Of a stretch of DNA of 64,000 nt, positions 30,534 to 39,683 are shown piece by piece. The notes below the pieces were generated by a model, which was not told where the DNA came from, did no database searches, and was given only the letters and a program-made list of their open reading frames with translations. Position numbers and translations under genes: made by a program. Position 1 is the stretch's first letter. Each line of letters begins with the position of its first letter. The DNA comes from Acidobacteriaceae bacterium UBA1307 (GTDB lineage: Bacteria > Acidobacteriota > Terriglobia > Terriglobales > Acidobacteriaceae): positions 15,981 through 79,980 of the forward strand of contig DBTV01000037.1 in the NCBI GenBank assembly GCA_002307235.1, in the 5' to 3' direction.

Positions 30534-31739
30534 TCACTTTGTATCGATTTTCTCCATCAACATCCCCGCCACCTTCGACTGAGCCTGACGTTTGGCCGAC
30601 GAGATCGCCTGTGCATACACTTCCAGCGTCATTTTGATCGTCGCGTGCCGGAGCAGTTCCTGCACCACCTTGATGTCCTCGCCGTTCGCCTTGAGCAAAG
30701 TTGAAAAGGTGCGCCGGAAGGTATGCCATCCAACGTGCTTCAGAATCTTTGCCCGCGTGACAGCGGGACGGATGTGGCGCTTAAGGAGTGAATCGGGGCT
30801 GTAGGGCTGCTTACCCTTCATTCGCGTGCTGGCGAAGACCCAGTCCTCCGGCTGGTTATAAGCAGTCGCCCGTCGCCAAGTGAGCAATTCCTCTGCGATC
30901 CACGGATCGAGCGGAACCGGCTTGCGGGAGATTTCCGTCTTGCAGCGTCCTACCACCTGACGGTAGATGGACCGAGTGACAGAAAGCTCAAGCTGCTCGA
31001 AGTCCACGTCCAGCCACTTGATGGCCATCAGTTCGCTGCGGCGGAGTCCGGTGACCGAATCCAGCAGTACCATCACCCGATCCCGATGCGACAACTGATC
31101 GAAGAGCAACCGGAGTTCCCCGGCTTCGAGGATGTCTGGAGTCTGCATCCGCTTTGCGCTTTGCCGCACCAACGTGATCGGGTTGGTGCCTTGCGGCATC
31201 AACTCGTGGCGAATGGCGTGATTGAACAGAACGCTCATAATGGACCGGATCTTCGCTTTGCTCCCGCGCGCCAGATTCTCTTTACTCTTGCCGGCTCGTT
31301 TGAGATTGCGCAGCCACTTTTCAACCTGGGTGGTTCGCACCTTACGCAACTCGACGTCGCCCCATTTCGGTAGAACATAGGTATCGAGGATGTCCGAGTA
31401 AGTCGTCCGAGTGGCATAAGAACGGCCTTCCTCTTCGTCATCTTCCCTCTCGACAGGACCGAGTTCGCGCTGCTTAAAGTGGGTAATGAGAGCGCCCACC
31501 GTAATCGGCTGCCCGCCTGATTGCGGTTGCTCTTCGTTAATGGTGATGCGTAAAGCTTCCACGGCTTTCAGAGCGCTGGTCTCGGTCGGGTATTCTTTGA
31601 CCGTTCCCAGCGTCTTCGTCCTGCGTACCCGCTTTCCGCTGGCATCGATGTCCCACCAGCGAAAGGCCCAGCAATCCGGCCCATGCTTCCGCTTCACGCG
31701 GTTTAACATTCCCTGTTGATACCGTGTCCGTCGAAACAT
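30534..31739 (-). CDS. int: Tyrosine-type site-specific integrase
   Basis: Catalytic contexts TGLRRSEL, VGWHTFRRTF and LLRHATIKMTLEVYAQ (R..HxxR..Y). The 3' end of the gene is 71 nt from the tRNA. Confidence 0.9.
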   Translation of the reverse strand: MFRRTRYQQGMLNRVKRKHGPDCWAFRWWDIDASGKRVRRTKTLGTVKEYPTETSALKAVEALRITINEEQPQSGGQPITVGALITHFKQRELGPVEREDDEEEGRSYATRTTYSDILDTYVLPKWGDVELRKVRTTQVEKWLRNLKRAGKSKENLARGSKAKIRSIMSVLFNHAIRHELMPQGTNPITLVRQSAKRMQTPDILEAGELRLLFDQLSHRDRVMVLLDSVTGLRRSELMAIKWLDVDFEQLELSVTRSIYRQVVGRCKTEISRKPVPLDPWIAEELLTWRRATAYNQPEDWVFASTRMKGKQPYSPDSLLKRHIRPAVTRAKILKHVGWHTFRRTFSTLLKANGEDIKVVQELLRHATIKMTLEVYAQAISSAKRQAQSKVAGMLMEKIDTK

Positions 31740-32008
31740 TATTTCCTCCTGTTTCGCACGGCACGGACCGCTGGCTCTGATGGTGCCATATTCTCGTCGC
31801 CGGTGTCCCGATTTTCCTGCATCATTTCTTGAACGAAGGACTCCAGGGCAGAGGCGCGGAACCGCCAGAGTTTGCCGAACTTCATCCCTGGAATTTCGCC
31901 TCTCCGCGCTCTCCGTTTCACGGTCTCAGGATGCACCCGCATGAGCTCCGCCGCCTGCTGGCTGTCCAGTAGCGGCTCAAATTCCTGATCGCCCTTCTTC
32001 TGGCCCAT
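31739..32008 (-). CDS. xis: Excisionase-family helix-turn-helix DNA-binding protein
   Basis: LLDSQQAAELMRVHPETVKRRARRGEIPGMKFGKLWRF. Its stop overlaps the integrase start (TAATG). Start at 32008 or 32023. Confidence 0.7.
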   Translation of the reverse strand: MGQKKGDQEFEPLLDSQQAAELMRVHPETVKRRARRGEIPGMKFGKLWRFRASALESFVQEMMQENRDTGDENMAPSEPAVRAVRNRRK

Positions 32009-32525
32009 GCCCTCTTCTCGCATTCATCTCCCCTGCCGGCACTGGATTCTCGCGGCAAGCGCCAAATGCGAGGAGCCGGAGCGCGGAAAGTCGCATCCGG
32101 TGGTGCCGATAGCCAGAAGATATGGTGATTTTGAGAGCGCGATTATTACTTTCTCGTACCGATCATTCCATCTGCGTCAATAATCCAGAACCACACTTTG
32201 CGGCAGACAAGACAGACCCGCCCACAACCCGAGCCATGGAAAATTGTGCGCCTGCGGTGTTCGCCGAGTGCATTGGCGGATTTAGGGTAAAGCGAGTATC
32301 ACTTCAGGCGAAAAGGGCGTTTGCCGATACTAATGCTTTCCGCCCTACGCAACTAATTCTGATGCTTAGGCTTCAGGGTCGCTGGAGGGCGATTTGGGCG
32401 TTATGCGTCAAGTTTGAATAGCGTGGCAGTCTCAGTCAAGCAGTTTAGCGCGGCTACAGACGCAATGGAAGAGACTCAGGCCAAGGTACGTTCCGGTAAA
32501 CTCGATAGGAGAAGGGCGGTCGAAA

Positions 32526-35039
32526 GTGACGTTCAAATCGCAATTCTCAGCCTCGCAAGATAAGGCGCACAACCGTAACATCGCGACGAAAATCCATGAG
32601 GAAATGGCGAAACTCCGTGCCGTCGTGGATGCATCGCCCACGACACCACGGCGCTGGGTCTGGGAATTGATCCAGAACGCCAAGGACGTGAATATCGAGG
32701 GAAAGGTTCGCGTTCGCATCGAAGCCGACCTGGGTGTCTCGGATGCGAACGTCACCTTCAAGCACAACGGCGGCGTATTCTCACCAGAGAATATCCGTTT
32801 CCTTATCGAGCAGGTATCGTCGAAGGACCGGACGCATGACAGCGGCGGGCGTCCCACGACGACGGGAAAGTTCGGCACGGGGTTTCTCACCACTCACCTC
32901 CTGTCCGAACGCGTCCTTGTCAGGGGTGTTGCGGAGGGACGAGGCTTCGCGCCCAGAAAGTTCAAGCTGTCGCTCGATCGCAGCGGCGCTGAGTTGCAAG
33001 ACATCATCGACGCCGTACAAGCTGCGAAAGACTCAATCCTAAACCTAGACGACCAACCGGAGTATACCGGATACGTCCCCGGAAAATTCAATACTGCCTT
33101 CCGCTATGAACTCGCAGACAAGACTGGCAGGAAGGTTGCGAGCGCTGGTTTGGCAGACCTTGATGTCTGCCTACCCTATACGCTCGCGTTCGTGCGGGAG
33201 ATCGAAAGCGTCGAGTACCCGAACCGTTGGTTGAGCCTGCAAGATCCCGACAATGAACGGGTAAACGGCGAGGTACAAATTCTTTCCGTGATCACTGCGG
33301 ACCCCAGAGGGGGCGCCGATTCTGAGATTTCCTCGATCGCGGTACTGACCAGCGACCTGATAACAATTGCGATACCAGTTAAGCAGACAGCCGACGGTGT
33401 GCGCATCCTTCCGCTTGGTCCTGACGTGCCCCGATTGTTCTGCGATTTTCCGCTCCTCGGCAGCGAATCCTTTCCATTCCCGGTGATCATCAACAATCCT
33501 ACGTTCAATCCGACCGAACCACGGGACGGCGTGTTCCTCACCAAAACCGACCGCCCCTCCTCTCAGATTGACCACAACAAATGCATCATCGAGAAAGCGC
33601 TCGCGCTCTACCTCTCGCTGCTCGAATACGCGTCTGACAACGACTGGCAGCATCTCCATCTTCTCGCCGCCGTAAAGCCTGTTGCATCAGAGCTTGCGCG
33701 GCTTGATAAAATTTGGTACAGAACCGCGATCCTCAAGCCGATGCTGGACACGCTCCTTCACACCAAAATCGTGCGAACAGCAGCGGGCAAACTGGCTCCG
33801 ATTCATTCGCCTGGCGGTAACATCTGGTTTCCGGCCGGTACGACCGAAAAAATCCGACGTGCCATTTGGCGGTGTTGCAAGACGTGGATTCCAGAGCAGC
33901 TACCGGCGCAATCGGACGTAGAAGTCTGGTTTGACATCATTTGGCCCGAGTGCGACAAACTCACACTCGATCAGGTCTCCGCCTTCGTTGAGGAAGACGA
34001 TACAATCGAAAAGCTGGCATCGGAACTGCAGGAAAAAGAAGTCCACGAATGGCTCATGGAGTTCTACGCCACGTTGAAGCTCGACGAGTCCACCTACCAG
34101 GCGGTGATCAACAAACGCCGCATCTTTCCGAACCAGAACGGCACCTTCAAGCGGAAAGCCGACCTCTTCCGCGACGCCGGCGATATCGACCCCACGCTCA
34201 TGGACATCCTCACGTTATTGGGGACGGACCTGCGCGATCAGCTCCTCGATACGGGAATCTCAACAGACCTTGATGATCTCTCCAAGAGAGATGGAGCCTT
34301 CGTTGTCAAGGAAATCACGGCGACGATCGAGAAAAACCTCAATGATCGGGCTGCCACGAAACTCTTTCGCCCCGCACTTGCCAAGCTGCTGCTGTGGTTT
34401 CGCGAAAACACGTCGCGCGCAAAGAAGCTCTTCCCGATGCTTTATGACCAAAAACACTTGCTCTATGACGACGAGCAAATCCTAAACAACATCGAGCGCG
34501 CCGAGGAATTAAACGAACTCCTCGGCGAATACAACGTGAAGAGCGTTGATGAGCTTCGTGCCGTTATCGAGAAGCACACAGCGACTTCACAGCTCTTGCC
34601 CGTGACGCAGCAGATCATCGCCAACCTAGGAATTACCTCCATAGAGGAATGGACGAAAGCGCTCGAAGACAAGGACTTGGCCGCTCTTTTCTCCCATCAG
34701 TCTACAACCACTCCCGAGATGTTCGTTTTAGCGCAATCGTTGATCAAAAAAGCCAAGAAACGTGTCATCGCCCATCTTTTAGAACTTGACCAATACGACC
34801 TTACCGAGATCGACGAGACGGCGCCCACAGTGCTCGCAGGAGTCAAGAAGAACGGCCGGGATGTGACCATCGTGGTGAGACCCGCGTATGATGGCACGGT
34901 GATCATCTACTACCGATCGGAACGCGACGTCCTGGATTTCGTAGACCACGAACTCTGGGTAGATACAGGCAAGGACGTCCAACGAATCACCTTCGGCCAC
35001 ATTCTGAAGAAAACCAATATTCGACGGTTCCCGATATAA
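32526..35039 (+). CDS. Sacsin/MORC/Hsp90-like GHKL ATPase with large helical middle region and possible DUF3883-like C-terminal module
   Basis: Bergerat-fold motifs ELIQNAKDV, HNGGVFSPENI and GKFGTGFLT. No His-kinase features. C-terminus VTIVVRPAYDGTVIIYYRSERDVLDFVDHELWV. GTG start. Confidence 0.7.
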   Translation: MTFKSQFSASQDKAHNRNIATKIHEEMAKLRAVVDASPTTPRRWVWELIQNAKDVNIEGKVRVRIEADLGVSDANVTFKHNGGVFSPENIRFLIEQVSSKDRTHDSGGRPTTTGKFGTGFLTTHLLSERVLVRGVAEGRGFAPRKFKLSLDRSGAELQDIIDAVQAAKDSILNLDDQPEYTGYVPGKFNTAFRYELADKTGRKVASAGLADLDVCLPYTLAFVREIESVEYPNRWLSLQDPDNERVNGEVQILSVITADPRGGADSEISSIAVLTSDLITIAIPVKQTADGVRILPLGPDVPRLFCDFPLLGSESFPFPVIINNPTFNPTEPRDGVFLTKTDRPSSQIDHNKCIIEKALALYLSLLEYASDNDWQHLHLLAAVKPVASELARLDKIWYRTAILKPMLDTLLHTKIVRTAAGKLAPIHSPGGNIWFPAGTTEKIRRAIWRCCKTWIPEQLPAQSDVEVWFDIIWPECDKLTLDQVSAFVEEDDTIEKLASELQEKEVHEWLMEFYATLKLDESTYQAVINKRRIFPNQNGTFKRKADLFRDAGDIDPTLMDILTLLGTDLRDQLLDTGISTDLDDLSKRDGAFVVKEITATIEKNLNDRAATKLFRPALAKLLLWFRENTSRAKKLFPMLYDQKHLLYDDEQILNNIERAEELNELLGEYNVKSVDELRAVIEKHTATSQLLPVTQQIIANLGITSIEEWTKALEDKDLAALFSHQSTTTPEMFVLAQSLIKKAKKRVIAHLLELDQYDLTEIDETAPTVLAGVKKNGRDVTIVVRPAYDGTVIIYYRSERDVLDFVDHELWVDTGKDVQRITFGHILKKTNIRRFPI

Positions 35040-35043
35040 CGCC

Positions 35044-36114
35044 ATGGACATCGCTCAAGACATCTTGGACCGCATTGGTCAACCTGAATCCGAGCAGCTG
35101 GAATACAAAGCGGTGCTGCCACCTGCTGCGACCGTAGCGCAATTGATGAGCTCATTCGCCAATGCAAAGGGAGGAGCCATCGTTCTCGGCGTCGTCGAGA
35201 ACGGTAAAGAGGTCCTCATTAACGGCCTCAGCGATGAATTCCGCGCGGTACAAATCACCCGCAAGGCAATCGATCTGCTCTCTCCATCTCCCACTGCGAA
35301 GTATGACTACATCGTTCATCAGGGCAAGCGCCTCTTCGTCATCGACGTGCAGAAGTCGGACGTATCAGTCTCGCTTGCGGGCAAGAGTTATATCCGGACT
35401 GGTGACCGCACGATTCTCAGGCAGACAGTTCCTGATAAGGCCATCCGAAACACTGGTATTGCCCACCTATCGAAAACTTTCAAAGAGAGCCGCAAGTCTT
35501 GCACCGCCGCGAGAGCGAAGCTGTTGGACCATTACGAAAGCGTTCTCCTTGTCCTCGACGATCTCGGCGATCTCCTATATCCAAAATCGTCAAACCGCCC
35601 GACCGATAATGCTGAAGGCAAGATGCTGATGCGTATCCTCTTCTCCTCGTGCGCTGACACGTTTGAAATCTTCTTATCAGATCTGCTCTACGAAATCTAC
35701 CTTGCGAAGCCCGAGACACTCAAATCTAACGCGCAAGTGACTGTCAAGGAGGTCCTGGATTGCTCCGACATGCAAGAGTTCATCAGCCATCAAGCCAAGG
35801 AGAAACTAAGAAAGCTTAAACGCGGCAGCGTCAAAGGTTTCATCTCGGACAACAAACAGATAAAGTCACTGGATGTGTTCGATACAACGCGGCAAGGAGA
35901 GATCGAGAAAATCTTAGAGATTCGGCATCTCTACGCTCATCAGAATGGACTTGTTGACGAACACTTCCGGAAATACTTTCCTGCCGTAAACCTCAACGAC
36001 GAATATCGGATGACTCTCGATGAGTTTTTGACGCGCTTCGAGTATCTTGCACAAGCCATCGACGCGGTAGATGAGGCCGCGCGTAACGACTACCAGTTGG
36101 CATCCTTTTCATGA
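35044..36114 (+). CDS. AlbA_2 (Schlafen-type) domain protein with C-terminal HEPN-like domain
   Basis: N-terminus ESEQLEYKAVLPP...FANAKGGAIVLGVVENGKEV matches the AlbA_2 pattern. C-terminal helical domain carries Rx4H (EIRHLYAHQNG, 35923-35940). Starts 4 nt after the upstream stop. Confidence 0.65.
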   Translation: MDIAQDILDRIGQPESEQLEYKAVLPPAATVAQLMSSFANAKGGAIVLGVVENGKEVLINGLSDEFRAVQITRKAIDLLSPSPTAKYDYIVHQGKRLFVIDVQKSDVSVSLAGKSYIRTGDRTILRQTVPDKAIRNTGIAHLSKTFKESRKSCTAARAKLLDHYESVLLVLDDLGDLLYPKSSNRPTDNAEGKMLMRILFSSCADTFEIFLSDLLYEIYLAKPETLKSNAQVTVKEVLDCSDMQEFISHQAKEKLRKLKRGSVKGFISDNKQIKSLDVFDTTRQGEIEKILEIRHLYAHQNGLVDEHFRKYFPAVNLNDEYRMTLDEFLTRFEYLAQAIDAVDEAARNDYQLASFS

Positions 36115-36130
36115 ATTGGATCGGTACCAT

Positions 36131-36199
36131 AATGTCGCCATGGCGACGCGAATCCAGGACCTGGTTTTGTCATCAATGGTTCCCATAGGAACGGCGTTT
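36131..36199 (+). repeat. Intergenic two-hairpin repeat, copy A
   Basis: Contains aatGTCGCCATGGCGACgcgaat (perfect 14-nt palindrome), then tcatcaatgGTTCCcataGGAACggcgttt. About 80 percent identical to copy B by hand alignment. Confidence 0.7.
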
Positions 36200-36411
36200 C
36201 CCGGTACGAATCGTTCATGGAATCGGTTTTCTTAGCACGCTAGTGAGTAAATGCGCAGCTGGAGGATTCGGCTTCCCCCACTCTTTCCACTTGTTTTCAA
36301 TTACTTACCAAACATCCTCAAGCCCAAGGGACAATTTGCTGTGGGGATTTTGGGGAACTGCGTTACACTTTCTATTCATCAGCATTTATCGTTTCTCGAC
36401 ACCAAGGTGAA

Positions 36412-37497
36412 ATGTCGCTAGAAGAGCATTTCAACTCAGTCAATCCGCGCGAGGACTCAGGTGCACCAGTCTCTGACCGCTTCCAATACCAAAAGGATTG
36501 GGCGCTGTGCCATCTCCTGAGGTTGCACGCAGATAATGTCGATTACCTGATGGCATTTGATATCCACGACGACGTGGTAATTTTTCAGCCGGAGCAGTCT
36601 CCAAACAAAATCTGCTTCTATCAGGTAAAGACCAAGAAGACGGGTGAAACCTGGACCAAAGGAAAACTCATTGAGCGCCCTAAAGGAAAAGACGGCAATC
36701 CACTCCCTTCAATAGTCGGAAAGATGTATAGCAACGTACTGCTCTTCGCAGATTATGCTCAATGCTCAACGTTCCTTTCCAACGTGCCCTGTAAGCTTGA
36801 ACTGTCGCCCGATGGTAAGCAGGCAGTTCTCTTGAGTGATGTGCGCACTCCCTTCGAAAACCTGCCAAAAAAGTATAGGACAGATATATCGGAAGCTGTA
36901 AAGCAGGAACATTTGCTTACAGCCGACCCGATTCTTGAAAAAATGCTTTGGTTCGAGCTATCCGAACTTCCGCTCGAAGGTCACTCGACTCACACAAAGG
37001 GAAAGCTTGCAGAGTTCTTGGAGGCGCGCAAGCCAGGCAAGTACAACACGCCGCTTGCTTACAAAACTCTCAGTGATGAGTTAAAACGGCGAAATGACTA
37101 CAATCGGCGGAATTTAAGGTTTTCCGAAATGGTCAAATTCAAGGCAATCGGCAGAAGCGAGTTTGAAAAGATCCTCTCAGTTGCTGTTCCTGATGAGACC
37201 GCAGAAAACACATGGCCCGAAGTTGCTGCCCATTTGCTTGATGAGCAATTTGGATTGCAGAAAACTCTCAAGCTTAAGAAAGCTTGGTTCAAAGTTGACA
37301 TGTATCGTTCGGATGCGAGCGATTCTGCATTTTGGGAGACCGCCGAAGTGGCGGCCTCGATAGTCCCCAATCATAGTGATCTGAAACATCTCTTGAGTGA
37401 CGGACTCGAAGACCTCAAGAACAAGATTGCCTGCAGTGTAAAGTTTGAGGATGATATGCTAAGGGCCGTCCTCCTCTTTCAGTTGTTCTGTTCGTAG
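36412..37497 (+). CDS. lmuA: Lamassu effector LmuA, Cap4-type nuclease (DUF4297) N-domain
   Basis: DRFQYQKDWALCHLLRL...MAFDIHDDVVIF...FYQVKTKK fits the DUF4297/Cap4 PD-(D/E)xK pattern. Lies directly upstream of an LmuB-like gene. Confidence 0.7.
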   Translation: MSLEEHFNSVNPREDSGAPVSDRFQYQKDWALCHLLRLHADNVDYLMAFDIHDDVVIFQPEQSPNKICFYQVKTKKTGETWTKGKLIERPKGKDGNPLPSIVGKMYSNVLLFADYAQCSTFLSNVPCKLELSPDGKQAVLLSDVRTPFENLPKKYRTDISEAVKQEHLLTADPILEKMLWFELSELPLEGHSTHTKGKLAEFLEARKPGKYNTPLAYKTLSDELKRRNDYNRRNLRFSEMVKFKAIGRSEFEKILSVAVPDETAENTWPEVAAHLLDEQFGLQKTLKLKKAWFKVDMYRSDASDSAFWETAEVAASIVPNHSDLKHLLSDGLEDLKNKIACSVKFEDDMLRAVLLFQLFCS

Positions 37498-37566
37498 ACC
37501 ACACAACCATGAAGAAACGAAATGCATTTCGTCGTGTTATACGATTCCTGAGGCTAAAGAAAACTC

Positions 37567-39264
37567 TTGCAATCACTGATTCTGAAAAAACTACACCTGC
37601 TGTCGACGACGGAAAAGACGGCAAGACAAGTCGAGTTCGATCCGACGAGAACTCTGGTCCACGGGTCTAATCAGACGGGCAAGTCATCACTCCTCAAGTC
37701 AATCTATTGGGTTTTGGGGGCAGAGCCTGCAGCAGTCAATCCCCGCTGGCTGCAGGCTGATGTTATTGCTCTCCTTGAGTTTGAGCTCGATGGAACAATA
37801 GGGATGATTCTTCGTCATAAGAATCAGTTTGCTGTGTTCCAAGCAGACGGCACGTTGGTCCAGAAGTTCAACAAAGTGTCTTCAGAATTGGGCCCCTATC
37901 TGGCTCAGCAATTCAATTTCAGGCTAAAGCTGTCGACTCGCGGGGGTGATACTGAAATCCCCTCTCCAGCCTACCTATATCTGCCTTACTATGTAGACCA
38001 GGATGCAAGCTGGAAGAGCAACTGGTGTTCTTTTAAGAATCTCGCGCAATATCCATCTTGGCGAAAAGACGTAGCAGAGTTCCATGCGGGAATTCGGCCC
38101 GGTGCATACTATGAACTGAAGGGGCAGAAAACCAAGATAGATTCAGATATAGCTGCCAACGAAGCCGAAAGTAAGATCTTGGAAAACATCATCGGAAGAA
38201 TCCGCAAGACATTTAATTCTTCTGAATTTGATATAAACCTCGCCGATTTTGAGAAAGAAATACAACTCTTGCTGGATGAATCCGGCAAGCTTCTGAAGAA
38301 ACAAAATGAGTACAAGGCGAAATTCACTGCGCTGCATGGCGAACGGATGGAACTTTCGGAGCAGATTCGATTCGCAGAACGTGCAGCCCATGACCTCGAA
38401 AAAGATTACCATTTTGCCACCACCGATACTTCTGAAGCCGAGGTGCATTGCCCGGTCTGCGGGACTGAATATCAGAACTCATTCGCTGAGCGATTTACGA
38501 TTGCTGCTGATGAAGATCGGCTTCTAGTCCTCGTTGCCGACTTAAGAAATCGCATCAGTTCCATTGACGAAGAAGTGGCGTCACTTAACTTGGAGTTTCG
38601 CAAGAACACATCAGAGCTAACAAGAATCGCTGATTTGCTAGCCGTCAAGCGCGAATCGATCACGCTGAAGCAAATCCTGAGCCTGGAAGGTAAGCGCGAA
38701 GCCGATTCTGCACTTAACGACAGAAAAGACGAGCTAGCCAAGGAACTTTTGTCCTTTGCAGAAGACCTGAAACTACTGGCGAAACAGCTCAAAGCATTGA
38801 CAGACAAAAAGCGTGGGGACGAAATTACAGCGTTCTATGTCGCCAAAATGAGGTCCTATCTTTTTAGCCTGCAGTCATCCCTGCATGAGGATACTTACAA
38901 GAAAGTGGATTGCAGTGTTAAGGAGACTGGGAGTAACCTCCCTAGGGCACTACTGGCGTACTACTTCAGCCTCCTGCATACAATTCGGAAGTATGGTGAT
39001 GGAACATATTGCCCTATCGTCATAGACTCACCCAATCAGCAAGCTCAGGACAAGCCCAATCTGACAGCGATACTGAGTTTCATTCGCGATAATCAGCCGT
39101 CTGGCTCTCAAATGATTCTAGGACTTGAGGACGATCTAGGACTGAACATACCTGGACTCAAAATTGAACTTGATAGCAAATACCATCTCTTAAAGTCTGA
39201 CCAGTATAGGGAGACTGCGGACCTGATGCTCCCGATGCTCGCCTCTATGCTGCGTCTGAGTTGA
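37567..39264 (+). CDS. lmuB: Lamassu SMC/Rad50-like ATPase LmuB (DUF3732-type)
   Basis: Walker A GSNQTGKSSLLKS. Long coiled coil with a CPVCG zinc-hook-like apex. C-terminal PIVIDSPNQQAQD matches the DQPSQ-type motif of DUF3732. TTG start per track. Confidence 0.75.
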   Translation: MQSLILKKLHLLSTTEKTARQVEFDPTRTLVHGSNQTGKSSLLKSIYWVLGAEPAAVNPRWLQADVIALLEFELDGTIGMILRHKNQFAVFQADGTLVQKFNKVSSELGPYLAQQFNFRLKLSTRGGDTEIPSPAYLYLPYYVDQDASWKSNWCSFKNLAQYPSWRKDVAEFHAGIRPGAYYELKGQKTKIDSDIAANEAESKILENIIGRIRKTFNSSEFDINLADFEKEIQLLLDESGKLLKKQNEYKAKFTALHGERMELSEQIRFAERAAHDLEKDYHFATTDTSEAEVHCPVCGTEYQNSFAERFTIAADEDRLLVLVADLRNRISSIDEEVASLNLEFRKNTSELTRIADLLAVKRESITLKQILSLEGKREADSALNDRKDELAKELLSFAEDLKLLAKQLKALTDKKRGDEITAFYVAKMRSYLFSLQSSLHEDTYKKVDCSVKETGSNLPRALLAYYFSLLHTIRKYGDGTYCPIVIDSPNQQAQDKPNLTAILSFIRDNQPSGSQMILGLEDDLGLNIPGLKIELDSKYHLLKSDQYRETADLMLPMLASMLRLS

Positions 39265-39475
39265 TTATTGGGAACTCCGCAGATTTTGGAGATTCTACAC
39301 TGTCTAATGAAGACACTCAATAGGCAAGTGGTCCTCAGGGTCCAGGGGGAAGTGAGTCCTACCACTATCTATGGGTGTTCCTTAATGTCTGTATTTTGAC
39401 CACGTCCCGACACTTGACACTTTGACTGAGAGACCAGGGGCACTACCAAATGTTCTCACCGGCAATTACTCCTCA

Positions 39476-39551
39476 AATGTCGCCATTGCTAGAACCTCAT
39501 GCTCTTCCGCCGGGCTGGGGTCTAGGAAGGCTCCCAGAGCCTACGGCGTTT
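39476..39551 (+). repeat. Intergenic repeat, degenerate copy D
   Basis: Shares aatgtcgccat at the 5' end and acggcgttt at the 3' end with copy A, at similar spacing (76 vs 69 nt). Downstream cgttcattgaat matches cgttcatggaat after copy A. Confidence 0.4.
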
Positions 39552-39683
39552 TTGGGGATCGATCCAGGGAATCCCGTTCATTGAATTGTGGTGCCCACCC
39601 ATTTGAAAACCGCTGGACGTTTTCGTCCGATTCCCTCGCCGGTTCCATGGCGTCTAGGCAGCAGAATTCCTACTCTCCGATTT

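Noticed and set aside
32024-32525. A possible fifth copy of the cassette-junction repeat (…aaaagggcgtttgccgatactaatg… near 32300-32330).
   Set aside because: Only about 14-15 of 20 positions match the 3' part, and there is no convincing 5' palindrome. This is too weak to call without statistics.
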